A stretch of 64,000 bases of DNA, taken from Candidatus Aminicenantes bacterium (GTDB lineage: Bacteria; Acidobacteriota; Aminicenantia; Aminicenantales; Saccharicenantaceae). The stretch lies in contig JAPKZD010000018.1 of NCBI GenBank assembly GCA_026393975.1, positions 160,807 through 224,806 of the forward strand, written 5' to 3'. Shown here in pieces: positions 48,736 through 58,935 of this stretch. The notes under the pieces are model-generated. The model searched no databases. It was not told the DNA's origin and worked only from the letters and a program-made list of their open reading frames with translations. Both the position numbers and the translations under genes were made by a program. Numbering within the stretch: the stretch's first letter is position 1; each line of letters starts with the position of its first letter.

Positions 48736-50504
48736 AAAAGATCCATCTCCTGTCCGAGGAGGTCGCCCAGAAGATCGCGGCGGGTGAGGTCGTCGAAAGG
48801 CCCGTTTCGGTCGTCAAGGAGCTCGTCGAGAACTCCATCGACGCCGGAGCGACGGACGTCCGCGTCGAGCTCCTCGACGGCGGCAAGCGCCTGATCAAGG
48901 TCCAGGACGACGGCTCCGGGATGGACCGGGAGGACGCCGCCCTTTGCTTCAGACGGCATTCGACGAGCAAGCTTGCCACGGAGGAGGACCTGGAGCGCAT
49001 CGCGACGCTCGGCTTCCGCGGCGAGGCCCTGGCCAGCATCGCCGCCGTCTCTCGGCTGACCCTGCGCACCCAGGACGGGGCCGACGACCGGGGGACGATG
49101 ATCGAGCGGGAGGGCGAGCGCCTCGTCGCGGTCACGGACATCGCTTTCCCGCGCGGCACGAGCGTCGAGGTCAGGGACCTGTTCTTCAACCTGCCGGCCC
49201 GGCAGAAGTTCCTCCGCTCGGGCCCGTCTGAGCTCGGGCCCGTCGCCAAGTACGTAACCCAGGCCGCCTTGGCCGCTCCCGGCGTCCGTTTTACGCTCAT
49301 CCACGGGGCGCGGGAGGTCATCGCCTGCCCCCCGGTCATGACCCTCCGGGAAAGGGTCTTCCAGATCTTCGGAAAGAAGATGGTCGACGGCCTGATGGAC
49401 GTCGCCGCCGAAGAGGGCGGCGGCCGCGTCGAGGGCTTGGCCTCGCGGCCGCTGGCCGGCCGGCCTGACAAGACCGTCCAATACTTTTTCGTCAACGGCC
49501 GTCCGGTCAAGGATAGGATCCTCATGGCCGCCCTCAACCAGGCTTATGCCGGCATCCTCGAGCGGGGAAGGTCGCCCGAGGCGTTCCTCTTCGTGTCCCT
49601 GCCCTACGCCGATGTCGACGTCAACGTCCACCCGGCCAAGGCCGAGGTCCGGTTCAAGGACACCCAGCTCGTATTCCGGCTCGTCCTCCGGGCCGTGGGC
49701 GAAGGCGCCTCCCGCGGACATACAATAAAGGAAGTCCTCCCGGCGGCCGGGGACAAGGGGCCGGCCGGGCGCGTCGCGGAGGAAGGCGCCGCCTGGACGT
49801 CTCGAGGTCTCGGCTTCGGGCCCGCCGCTGTCGTCGTCACCGCCGCTGCGGGCGGCGACGACCGCTTGGCGCCTGGCGCAGCGGCCCGCCTCGGGGGCGG
49901 CGCGGAATTGACGGCGACGTCGGCGGACTCGCAGGTGGCGAAAGGGCCCGCGGTCCTCGGCCAGTACGAGAACATGTACATCGTCGCGGCAGGAGAAGAC
50001 GGCCTTCTCGTCATCGACCAGCACAACGCCCACGAACGCGTCCTTTTCGAGAAGTACCGGGAGATCGATCGAGAAAAGATCTGGCCGCGGAAGACGCTCC
50101 TCATCCCTCCCATCCTCGAGCTCTCCCCCTCGATGGTCGTCAGCCTCGAAACGAACGTCGTCCTCTTCGAGGACCTGGGCTTCCGCGTCGAGACCATGGG
50201 CGGGCGCTCCTACGCCCTCAAAGAATACCCCGACCTCTTCAAACCCGAACAGGCCGTGGATATCTTTCTTGGCCTGCTCGAAGAGGCGGGCCAAAAGACC
50301 GCCGAAGACCGCCGCGAGCACATGTTGGCGACGCTGGCCTGCAAGACGGCCGTGAAAGCCGGGGAGCCCCTGAACAGGGAGAAGATGGGCTATCTTGTTG
50401 AGGAACTATTTAAAACCTCTCAGCCGGCGCTTTGCCCGCACGGGCGACCGGTCGTGGTCCGCATCGATAAGTCTATGATCGATAAGGGCCTCGGAAGAAA
50501 ATAG
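48732..50504 (+). CDS. mutL: DNA mismatch repair protein MutL.
   Basis: GTG start overlapping the mtaB stop. GHKL ATPase motifs IAAGEVVERP, ELVENSIDAG, DDGSGM. C-terminal dimerisation domain. Confidence 0.88.
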   Translation: MKKIHLLSEEVAQKIAAGEVVERPVSVVKELVENSIDAGATDVRVELLDGGKRLIKVQDDGSGMDREDAALCFRRHSTSKLATEEDLERIATLGFRGEALASIAAVSRLTLRTQDGADDRGTMIEREGERLVAVTDIAFPRGTSVEVRDLFFNLPARQKFLRSGPSELGPVAKYVTQAALAAPGVRFTLIHGAREVIACPPVMTLRERVFQIFGKKMVDGLMDVAAEEGGGRVEGLASRPLAGRPDKTVQYFFVNGRPVKDRILMAALNQAYAGILERGRSPEAFLFVSLPYADVDVNVHPAKAEVRFKDTQLVFRLVLRAVGEGASRGHTIKEVLPAAGDKGPAGRVAEEGAAWTSRGLGFGPAAVVVTAAAGGDDRLAPGAAARLGGGAELTATSADSQVAKGPAVLGQYENMYIVAAGEDGLLVIDQHNAHERVLFEKYREIDREKIWPRKTLLIPPILELSPSMVVSLETNVVLFEDLGFRVETMGGRSYALKEYPDLFKPEQAVDIFLGLLEEAGQKTAEDRREHMLATLACKTAVKAGEPLNREKMGYLVEELFKTSQPALCPHGRPVVVRIDKSMIDKGLGRK

Positions 50505-50556
50505 GGTGGTTTGACCCCCTCTTCCGACTCTGTTAAGATTTGACAGCTGAACGGGA

Positions 50557-50631
50557 CGGGGAGTGGCGCAGCCTGGCTAGCGCGCCTGCCTTGGGAGCAG
50601 GAGGTCGGCGGTTCAAATCCGCTCTCCCCGA
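50557..50631 (+). tRNA. tRNA-Pro (anticodon TGG).
   Basis: Hand-folded cloverleaf: acceptor CGGGGAG/CTCCCCG, anticodon stem-loop CCTGC-CTTGGGA-GCAGG, T-arm GGCGG-TTCAAAT-CCGCT. Confidence 0.8.
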
Positions 50632-50649
50632 TCACCTTACAGCCGACGC

Positions 50650-50723
50650 GCGCCTGTAGCTCAGGTGGATAGAGCAGCTGCCTTCTAAGCAGCGGGTCGG
50701 GAGTTCGAGTCTCTCCAGGCGCG
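50650..50723 (+). tRNA. tRNA-Arg (anticodon TCT).
   Basis: Acceptor GCGCCTG/CAGGCGC, D-arm GCTC-AGGTGGATA-GAGC, anticodon loop CTTCTAA, T-arm GGGAG-TTCGAGT-CTCTC. Confidence 0.8.
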
Positions 50724-50894
50724 CTCCCTCATTCCCCGAGAAAATGGCCATTTAGGCATCATCCTCGGCACTCGAAAAGTGTCGCAATTTTCTACAGCTT
50801 TACACCGCTTTAGGCATCTGTTGAGCACTATTTCGAGCACACATTTGAGCACAGCGGGCTTGCCGGGCTGAAAGGCCAAGGAAGAACGCCGGCC

Positions 50895-50935
50895 GGTCAC
50901 GCCCGAGGTCGCGAGTTCGAGTCTCGTCGCCCCTC
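50895..50935 (+). other. Orphan tRNA 3'-half-like fragment (T-arm plus 3' acceptor strand) with no matching 5' half.
   Basis: GGTCGCGAGTTCGAGTCTCGTCGCCCCTCGC has a canonical T-stem/loop (GCGAG-TTCGAGT-CTCGT) and a 7-nt acceptor strand. No complementary AGGGGCG was found within 400 nt upstream. Confidence 0.5.
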
Positions 50936-51124
50936 GCTTCGTTTGGGCGCAACTTGACATCATAACACTCCGGAAACTAGGATAGCCGAATGAACGTCCA
51001 TCCCCCGATCCGGCGGAATATCCGCCCCTTGTCCCCAGTTCAGATCCGTACGGCGGTGGACGGAATCAGTCTGTTCGGCTGATCAAGCATGACGTCCTCC
51101 TATGACGTCCAAAGAGGAGCGAAC

Positions 51125-54100
51125 ATGAACATGACCACCGCAAGAGCCGCATTCACTCGCCGCTGGATCCTGGTCTTTGCCTTCGTCCTGGCGGTCGCGA
51201 TGTCGGCGGCCTACTTGACGCCGCAGGCGCAAACCGCCGCCAAGAAGGCCATGGCCGTCGACGATTACGCGAAATGGCGCGATATCGCCAGCCCGGCGAT
51301 TTCGGGAGACGGACGGTGGGTTGCCTACGTCCTCCAGCTGACCAATACCATCCCGGCCGAAGCAAAGCCGGCCCTTCACCTGCTGAATCTGGAGACCAAC
51401 GCCGATGTGACGGTGAACGACGCGTCCGATCCGGTCTTCTCTTTGGATTCGAAGTGGATCGCCTATCAGGTGGATCCGGGGGCCGCCCAACGCGCCCGCG
51501 CCGCCCGGACCGGCCCCGGCGGAGCGCCCTCGACGCAGCCGGCCGCGCCCGCCCCGGCTGAAGCCCCCGGCACGCAACAGGATCAGGGCCAGACCGGCCG
51601 CGGGACCGCGGCGGCGGCCATCCCTGCGCGGCGCGTCGAGCTGCGCAATCTGGAGACCGGAGCGGTACGCTCCTGGCAGGACATCGGAACCTTCGCCTTC
51701 GCCCCGACGTCCACCCATCTCGTCCTCCGCCGTCGCGGCGCCGAAACGGCCGGTCCCACGGGCCGGAGAGACGGCGGCGGCCCGCAGGCGCCGGTCGGAG
51801 GCGCCGCGTCCGCGAGCGCCGCCGTCGGTTCGCGTGGGCAGGACGCCATTCTGCTGGATCTGCGGACAGGGAGTTTCCAGCTTCTCGGAAGCGTGGGCGA
51901 GTTCGCCTTTAGCCGCAGCGGCGAGCTTCTCGCCTTCACCGTGGAGGCCGCCGTGAAGGACGGCAACGGCGTCTTCATCTTCGACTCGCGCAACGGGCGC
52001 GTGACGCCGCTCGACAACGATGCCCAGATCTACGGCCGGCTCGCCTGGAACGAGGACGGCACGGCCGTCGCCGTGCTCAAGGGGAGCGAAGTCGAGAAAA
52101 TGCGCGAAAGGAACAACGTGCTCGTCGCCTTTCCGGACATCTCCGCGGCGTTGAAGGACGGTGCCGGCGCACCGTTGGCGGTTCTCTTCGAACCCGCAAA
52201 AGCGGACGGCTTTCCCAAGGGCTGGGTCGTCAGCGACCGGGCTGCCCTTGCCTGGAGCGAGGACAACAAACGGGTGTTCTTCGGTATCAAAGAGCAGGCG
52301 CCGACGCCCGATACGACGCGCAAGTCGACGGACGAGGCGGCCGACGTCGACGTCTGGAACACGGGAGACGAGCGGGTCCAATCCCTGCAAATGGTCCGGG
52401 CTGAACAGGATCGCAACTTCACCTTCCGCCAGGCCTTCGACATCTCGGCGAAACGGTTTATCAAGCTCGCCGACGAGACGATGCGGGAGCTCGACGTCGC
52501 CCCGGACGGCACATGGGCCGTGGGATTGGATACGCGCGCCTATATCCGCAATGAAAAGATCCTGCCGACGGCGGACATCTACCGTGTGAACACATCCACA
52601 GGCGAGCGGACGCTCGTTGTCAAGGGCCAACTGACCGGCCGGCACACGTTCGGCATTAGCCCCCATGGCCGGCATTTCCTCTTCTGGAAGGACAACAAGA
52701 TCCAGGCCTACGACTTCGAAGCGGGGACGACGAAGGCCCTCGGCGCCGGTACGGTGAGCTTCGTGGACCTCGAATACGACCACCCGGGGGCGAAGCCCTC
52801 CTATGGCATCACAGGCTACTCGAGCGACGGCAAGGCGGTCATCGCCCAGCACCGCTACGATCTGTGGCTCGTTCCCTTTGACGGTAGCGCGGCCAAGAAC
52901 CTGACCCACGGTGTCGGGGCGAAGAGCGAGATCCGCTTCCGCATCCTCCGCCCCGTGCCGGCGGACCCGACTCTTCCCCGCTCGGTCGGTCCCCGCGGGA
53001 CCATCGATCTCTCGAAGCCGATCACCCTGTCCGCGTACGGCGAATGGACGAAGAAATCCGGATATTATGAGCTCGCGGGCGGGCAATTGAAGGAGCTCAT
53101 TTATGAAGACGCTTCGTTCAACAATCCAGTCCGGGCGATGAAGGCGGATCGCTTTCTCTTCACCCGCCAGACGTTCGTCGAGTTTCCGGACCTCCGCGTC
53201 TCCGGTCCGAGCTTCAGGGAATCCAAGAAGATCTCCGACGCCAACCCGCAACAGAAGGATTATCTGTGGGGCCATCGCCTGCTTTTCGACTACAAGAACA
53301 AGGACGGCGTGAGGCTGCAGGGCATCCTGGCCATCCCGGACGATTACAATCCGGGCGAAAAGTGTCCCATGCTCGTCATCTTCTACGAGAAGAACTCACA
53401 GAACATGCACATGTACAGCGCCCCGGCCTATCTTCCCAGCATGGGACGGATGCCGGTCCAGGCAGTCAGCGACGGCTACCTGTCTATGCTGCCGGACATC
53501 CACTTCCGCACCGGCTCCTCGCACACCGACATGCTGGAATGCGTCGAGGCGGCCACGCGCAAGGTCATAGAGATGGGCTACGCCGACCCGAAGCGCATCG
53601 GCGTCTCCGGACACAGCTACAGCGGCGAAGGCGCGGCCTTCATCGGGACGATGTCCAAGATGTTCGCCGCCGTCGGCATGGGTGCCGGCGTCGTCGACCT
53701 GTACAACGATTTCAGCATGCCCTGGGGCTGGGGATACGGCTACCAGGGCGGGAGCGGCGATACCGCGTTCCAGTACTACCTCTACGATCAAGGCCGCTGG
53801 GGTTTCTCGCCCTGGGACCGGCCCGACCGATACTATTTCGAGTCAGCCCTCACCCATGCCCCGAACGTGAGCGCGCCGTTCCTCATCATGCACGGGACGG
53901 CCGACCCGACGGTCGGCTTCATCAACGGGCTCGCTTTCTACAACGCCCTGCGCTACAACGGCAAGAAGGCCGTCCTGCTGGCCTATCCGAACGAGGGCCA
54001 CGGGCTGCGCGGATTGGCGAACCGAAGGGATCTGACCATCCGGTTCTTCGAATTCTTCGACCATTACCTCAAGGGTACGCCGGCGCCGAAGTGGCTGACC

Positions 54101-54142
54101 GAGGGCGTGCCTTACCTGAAGAAGGAGGGGGGCGTCTCCTAA
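51125..54142 (+). CDS. S9-family serine peptidase (prolyl oligopeptidase / acylaminoacyl-peptidase type) with an N-terminal TolB-like beta-propeller; secreted.
   Basis: AGAGGAG RBS before MNMTT, signal peptide, WD/TolB-like repeats. C-terminal alpha/beta-hydrolase with GVSGHSYSGEGAAF (GxSxG) and the His/Asp region MHGTADPTV. Confidence 0.8.
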   Translation: MNMTTARAAFTRRWILVFAFVLAVAMSAAYLTPQAQTAAKKAMAVDDYAKWRDIASPAISGDGRWVAYVLQLTNTIPAEAKPALHLLNLETNADVTVNDASDPVFSLDSKWIAYQVDPGAAQRARAARTGPGGAPSTQPAAPAPAEAPGTQQDQGQTGRGTAAAAIPARRVELRNLETGAVRSWQDIGTFAFAPTSTHLVLRRRGAETAGPTGRRDGGGPQAPVGGAASASAAVGSRGQDAILLDLRTGSFQLLGSVGEFAFSRSGELLAFTVEAAVKDGNGVFIFDSRNGRVTPLDNDAQIYGRLAWNEDGTAVAVLKGSEVEKMRERNNVLVAFPDISAALKDGAGAPLAVLFEPAKADGFPKGWVVSDRAALAWSEDNKRVFFGIKEQAPTPDTTRKSTDEAADVDVWNTGDERVQSLQMVRAEQDRNFTFRQAFDISAKRFIKLADETMRELDVAPDGTWAVGLDTRAYIRNEKILPTADIYRVNTSTGERTLVVKGQLTGRHTFGISPHGRHFLFWKDNKIQAYDFEAGTTKALGAGTVSFVDLEYDHPGAKPSYGITGYSSDGKAVIAQHRYDLWLVPFDGSAAKNLTHGVGAKSEIRFRILRPVPADPTLPRSVGPRGTIDLSKPITLSAYGEWTKKSGYYELAGGQLKELIYEDASFNNPVRAMKADRFLFTRQTFVEFPDLRVSGPSFRESKKISDANPQQKDYLWGHRLLFDYKNKDGVRLQGILAIPDDYNPGEKCPMLVIFYEKNSQNMHMYSAPAYLPSMGRMPVQAVSDGYLSMLPDIHFRTGSSHTDMLECVEAATRKVIEMGYADPKRIGVSGHSYSGEGAAFIGTMSKMFAAVGMGAGVVDLYNDFSMPWGWGYGYQGGSGDTAFQYYLYDQGRWGFSPWDRPDRYYFESALTHAPNVSAPFLIMHGTADPTVGFINGLAFYNALRYNGKKAVLLAYPNEGHGLRGLANRRDLTIRFFEFFDHYLKGTPAPKWLTEGVPYLKKEGGVS

Positions 54143-54256
54143 ATCCTCTCGTGTGCGTGATGCTTCGTAGGGGATATGATGCCTCCCATTGACCGGCCCC
54201 CCCCCTTATTGTTAACCTTGGCCTAATCAGGCAGGAACCCGAAAGCAGGAGAGACG

Positions 54257-56184
54257 ATGGGCTCATCAAGCGGGGGGACGGCTCCTTCCGGGGATAAGAA
54301 TAGGGCTTCTTTCCCTGAATTTTTCCAGAAACTTCGCAAGCGCCATATCATCGAAACCCTTGCCGCCTTCATCGGCGGCGGGTGGCTTCTTGTCGAGGTC
54401 GTCGAGCGGCTTCTGGTTGGCCATTACCGTTTTCCTGAGGAAACCATCGACCTGACAGTCGTCTCGGTCATTGGCGCCCTCCTCGCGACCATCGTCTGGC
54501 GCTGGTTCCGGAGCGCTGAGAAGCGGCCGGGAAACGTCAAGCTCGAGGTCCTGCTTGTTCCTTTGATCTTGCTCGCGACCCTGGCAATTGATCTAGCTAT
54601 TCTTTTAAAGATCCTTGGCATTCCCGGCAAGACCCTGCTTGTGGCTGCTGTCGCCCTCTGCCTCGGGATCGTCTGGGTCATCCTCAAGCTCTCGCAATGG
54701 GCGGCTGCCCCGTCCTCATCGTCCGTTGAACGCGTCCAGGCTCCCGCCGAATCCCTTACTCCTACCCCGGCTGTCCCCGAAAAATCCATCGTGGTGCTTC
54801 CCTTCGCCGACCTCAGCCCCCAAAAAGACCAGGAATACTTCTGCGATGGGATGACCGAAGAGATCATTACCGATCTCTCCCATGTCCATGATCTTCTAGT
54901 CATCTCCCGCTCGTCGGCGATGACGTTCAGGGGGAGCTCAAAGACGGTCCGCGAAATCGCCAGGGACCTGAACGTCCACTACGTCATGGAGGGGGCAGTG
55001 TCCGCAAGGCCGGGAACGATCTCCGGATCACCGCCCAGTTCATCGACGCCACGAACGATGCCCACGTCTGGGCCCAGAAATATTCCGGCACGCTCGATGA
55101 CGTGTTTGATATTCAGGAGAAAGTCTCCCGGTCCATTGTCGATGCCCTCAAGATCAAGTTGAGCTCGGGAGAGATCGAGAAGATCTCCGAACGGCTTATC
55201 GATAACGTCCAGGCCTACGACTGCTATCTCAGGGCGAAGCGTGACATCTTCGAGTGCACGCCCGATGCCCTCAAAAGGGCGCTCCGTGACCTTGAGGCCG
55301 GTCTCTCCGTCCTGGGCGATAACGTTCTTCTGAATCAGGGCATGGCGGAAGTCTATCTGCATTATTATGAGTATGGGTTTAAATCGGACGAAGAGACCCT
55401 GCAAAAAGCTGAAGAATATACGAGAAAGGTCATACGCCTGAAGCCGAAATCCGCCGAGGGATATTACCTGCTCGGGCGGATCGAGCGGTTCCGGGGCAGC
55501 GTCATCAAAGCCATCGGATACTTCAGAAGCGCTCTGGCGACGGATCCGAACCATAGCAGCGCGCTGCTCTTCCTGGCCAACGGGCTTGGCCTCCATGCCG
55601 GCAAGCCCCGCCTCGCGGAGCCCTTGCTGGCCAGGCTTCGGGAGATCGACCCGCTCACGCCCCTTTTTCTTTTCGTGTCTGGATACATCCAATTGTTGGA
55701 TGGCAAACCTGACCACGCCCTCCTGACATTCCAATATATGATAAACATGGAGCCAGACCTCGCGGCATTTGGCAAGTTTGCGATCGCCATTTCCCTAGCC
55801 TGGCAGGGGCGTTACGATGAGGTCTTCAGGCTGGCCGACGAATCGATCTCGCGCTGGCCCGATGACAACGTCGCCCTGTGGACCCTGGCTTTTAAATACG
55901 CCCTGCAAGGCGAGAAGAAGAAAGCCTTAGATACGTTCACCGATAAGGCGAGGGAGTTCTTCTGGAATGATCCGGAGGTGCCGTGGTTTGGCGCGAGCCT
56001 GTTCGCGCTTGTCGACGAAAAGGAGGAAGCCCTGCGTTGGCTCGAACACTCCGTCGACCGAGGGTGGATCAACTACCCCGTTTTTGCCGAGCGAAGCCCC
56101 TTCTTCGCCAACATCCGCGGCGAAGAGCGTTTCAAGAAGCTCATGGAGCGGGTGAAGTACGAGTGGGAGCATTTTGAAGCATAG
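54257..56184 (+). pseudogene. Membrane-anchored TPR-repeat protein with a TolB-like N-terminal domain (adenylate-cyclase/CadC-associated), split by a frameshift in a G5 run near 54987-54991.
   Basis: Frame A ends ...NVHYVMEG then nonsense. Frame B continues SVRKAGNDLRITAQFIDATNDAHVWAQKYSGTLDDVFDIQEKV, matching the conserved continuation of this domain. The shift maps to ATGGAGGGGGCAG. Confidence 0.65.
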
Positions 56185-56401
56185 CAATGGGAAAATATGT
56201 TTGCCGGAAGCATGCGCGAACCTCAGTTTTGGAGGGGCTAAGAAGAACCGCCTGTTCATGACCGCCAGCCAGTCTCTCTATGCCGTTTATGTTGAGGCGA
56301 AGGGCGCGTAGTTCGGCTTCTGGAATCTTGCGGCCGGCGCCGCATTGTCATGGCGAAGGGGAGACCGGCCCCTGAAGGTCATTCGCATGAGGAGGGAACC
56401 T

Positions 56402-57397
56402 ATGAAAGGCAAACGGGTCCTTATATCGGCCCTGGCAGTCTTGACATCTCTCACCGCCATTGGATATTTCGGCCGGATCTTCGCCCGGCAGACCAGCCCG
56501 CCGGCGACGCTTGGTGCTCGAAAGGCTGCGGAACCGCCCCGGTCTTCGGGCGTGGTGGTTGTGCGCGGCATGGCGATGCCCTATCTCGCCCAAGGATCCG
56601 GGATTCCCTGCCTGGTCGCCGGCTATTCATCCCTGTATCAAGCGGTCTTCTCGGACGAGCTCATGAAGCATTTTCAGTTCATCTTTGTGGATTGGAAGAA
56701 TTCGTTCGCGGCCGATGATCCCTTTCCACAGGCTGCTAAGATCACGATCGATACCCTGGTGGATGATCTGGACGAAGTCCGCCGTCAGCTCGGTCACGAG
56801 AAGATCGCGATTCTCGGGGCCTCATATCCGGGATTCCTTCCGCTCGCCTATGGAAAGAAATACCCGAGCCACGCCTCGCATCTGATCAGCATCGGCACTC
56901 CGCCCTATGCGAACAAGAAAACCGATAAGGCGAGTGCTGAGTACTGGGAGCGAGACGCATCGCCCGAAAGGAAGGCGGCGCACCGGCGCCATCTTGAAGC
57001 GCTGTCGAAAAGCCTTCTCGAAAAGCTCGAGCCCCTTGAGCGTTGGGTCATGCAATACATCAGGGATCGGGCGATCTGCTGGGCGAACCCGGAATATGAT
57101 TGTTATTGGCTCTGGCTGGGCAAACGCTTCAGCTTAGACTTTGAGCATCAATATTACAGCGTCCTTTTAGCCGACTACGATCCGACACCTGACTTCCAGG
57201 CGATCACGGCGCCGGTCTTTATTGCGAACGGCCGCTATGATTACTGGACGCCGCCCAAGCTGTGGGAAGCCGAGAAAGGGAAGCTGCCGAACCTCACGTA
57301 CCATTTGTTCGAAAACAGTGGGCACTGGCCTATGTGGGAAGAGCAGGAGCTTTTTGACCGGAGGATGATCGACTGGCTGCAAAGCACAAAAAAATGA
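56402..57397 (+). CDS. Alpha/beta-hydrolase-fold protein; secreted.
   Basis: RBS GAGGAGGG, start MKGKRVLISALAVLTSLTA. Nucleophile-elbow-like ILGASYPGF, and C-terminal His region NSGHWPMWE. Confidence 0.55.
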   Translation: MKGKRVLISALAVLTSLTAIGYFGRIFARQTSPPATLGARKAAEPPRSSGVVVVRGMAMPYLAQGSGIPCLVAGYSSLYQAVFSDELMKHFQFIFVDWKNSFAADDPFPQAAKITIDTLVDDLDEVRRQLGHEKIAILGASYPGFLPLAYGKKYPSHASHLISIGTPPYANKKTDKASAEYWERDASPERKAAHRRHLEALSKSLLEKLEPLERWVMQYIRDRAICWANPEYDCYWLWLGKRFSLDFEHQYYSVLLADYDPTPDFQAITAPVFIANGRYDYWTPPKLWEAEKGKLPNLTYHLFENSGHWPMWEEQELFDRRMIDWLQSTKK

Positions 57398-57491
57398 ATA
57401 TTCCCCCATATTAAACTTGACTCGGGCCGGTCCCCGACGTAAATTTTGGAGCAGCAACAGCGATTGGATTGAAGTCGGAAAGGGGGATCGA

Positions 57492-58295
57492 ATGTTCATT
57501 GGCAGGTACTCGAAGATGGTCGCCGTATTGGCCGGTTGGATCGTTCTCTCCCCGATTCTTGCTTCGGCCCAGAAAGCCATCATCATCGACGACGATCTCA
57601 GGGCCAACGCCGACGTCCTGAAGGTCAAGATGGGCACCCAGGCGCTGGGAAAGATATGGAAATTCAAGTTCGGCGAATTTGGCATCGTCTCGAGCAAGAT
57701 GGGCGCGGCCAAGACCACAACTACGGGCGCATTTCTCAGCCCGGTGGAGAAAAGCCGGACCAAGCAGAAATTCTCGTTCGTCCTGAAAGGGGCTGGCCCC
57801 GAGACCGTCAGTGTCAAAGCGGCCCAGAACCTCGAGTCCGAAGCCCTCAACGAGATTGCGATCTCACCCAGGGTCTCGATGAGTGTCGTGGACATATCGG
57901 GGACATCCGACAATCTCGTGGCCGAAATAGCATTCGACGGCGAATCCGCAAAACCCTGGACTCTTCTCGTTCAGGTCGCCAGCAGCCTGGCCGTCCTCAA
58001 GGAGAACACCCTGTCATCCTTATTGACCGACGGGACCCGGGAGATCGTCATCACTCCCGTGACGTCGGACGAACTCGGCGCCAAGTCGAGGGGCACGCCC
58101 GCCCGCGGCTACGAATTGTCCGAGGCTGGACAGGCCCTGGGCGCGGTCCAGTACTGGGGGGGCGGGGTCTTAGGGTTCAACAAGAATGTCGTCTACATGC
58201 GCCGGGACCTGGATACGAAGACGAAGCTCCTGCTGGCGGCGGCCATGACAACTATCCTGCAGGTCAAGGTCAACGCCCAGACGTCGTTGGACTGA
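57492..58295 (+). CDS. Hypothetical secreted protein.
   Basis: Start MFIGRYSKMVAVLAGWIVLSPILASA (signal peptide) after GGGGGA. No recognisable domain. Confidence 0.5.
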   Translation: MFIGRYSKMVAVLAGWIVLSPILASAQKAIIIDDDLRANADVLKVKMGTQALGKIWKFKFGEFGIVSSKMGAAKTTTTGAFLSPVEKSRTKQKFSFVLKGAGPETVSVKAAQNLESEALNEIAISPRVSMSVVDISGTSDNLVAEIAFDGESAKPWTLLVQVASSLAVLKENTLSSLLTDGTREIVITPVTSDELGAKSRGTPARGYELSEAGQALGAVQYWGGGVLGFNKNVVYMRRDLDTKTKLLLAAAMTTILQVKVNAQTSLD

Positions 58296-58372
58296 TCGTC
58301 GCCCCTGGCGACCGCAGGTTGGCTTCCCCTGGCTGCCTGTCATTCTTGGGCCGGCGGATAAGGGGGCTAGAA

Positions 58373-58531
58373 ATGGCCATCAAGTGTCCTTAGTGTCATT
58401 CTGACAACCCGGACACGGGCCGGTTCTGCGCCAGTTGCGCCGCACTGCTCGCGTCCGCTCCTGGCTCCTCCGCCTCTCCGGCCGAGACCGCCCAACCCCC
58501 CCTTATCCGGGAGCTCGTTTCGGGCCGCGCG
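58373..58531 (+). pseudogene. Zinc-ribbon domain gene remnant with an in-frame TAG at codon 7, truncated after 52 codons.
   Basis: MAIKCP*CHSDNPDTGRFCASCAALL... matches the double-CxxC zinc-ribbon N-terminus (CPxC...FCxxCG). The TAG is at 58391-58393. The ORF ends where the TGAGCAC repeats begin. Confidence 0.5.
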
Positions 58532-58608
58532 TGAGCACAATTCTGAGCACACCTTTCGTAGACGAGCTCGCAAACCATTCATCTTCCTTCAATTAAGAAC
58601 GCAACCTA

Positions 58609-58659
58609 GCTGCCTTCTAAGCAGCGGGTCGGGGGTTCGAGCCTCTCCAGGCGCGCCAT
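58609..58659 (+). repeat. 51-nt direct repeat of the 3' half of tRNA-Arg(TCT), including CCA; att-like.
   Basis: AGCTGCCTTCTAAGCAGCGGGTCGGGGGTTCGAGCCTCTCCAGGCGCGCCA versus tRNA-Arg positions 50675..50723. Identical except two substitutions (A to G in the T-stem, T to C in the T-loop). Confidence 0.8.
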
Positions 58660-58935
58660 CTTTTTTCGCGAGGCGGCTCCTCTCCCCCGAGGCGGCCCCT
58701 CACCCCTATAGAGGAGACAATTTTTGTTTATTTCACCCAGGCAATGCTCACGCCGGGTGATTGACGCAATTTGTCGATAAGCGAGAATAGGGCTATTGGA
58801 GAAATGCCTTGGTTCCCGTGAGCTTCTGCCTGGCGAGAGAAAATTCGGCTTCCCGGTCGTCTAATAGAAGATGGAAATCGAGGTACCCGGTGATTGACAG
58901 GAATTGTCCAAAATAATATGATTATGGAATAAAAA

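Noticed and set aside
50860-50940. A third complete tRNA gene downstream of tRNA-Arg.
   Set aside because: Only a T-arm and 3' acceptor strand are present. No complementary 5' acceptor strand, D-arm or anticodon arm could be folded, so it is listed as an orphan fragment only.
50725-58608. Integrase or recombinase gene inside the tRNA-Arg-bounded segment.
   Set aside because: None of the ORFs in the interval shows tyrosine or serine recombinase motifs. The island is therefore described as a remnant rather than an active integrative element.
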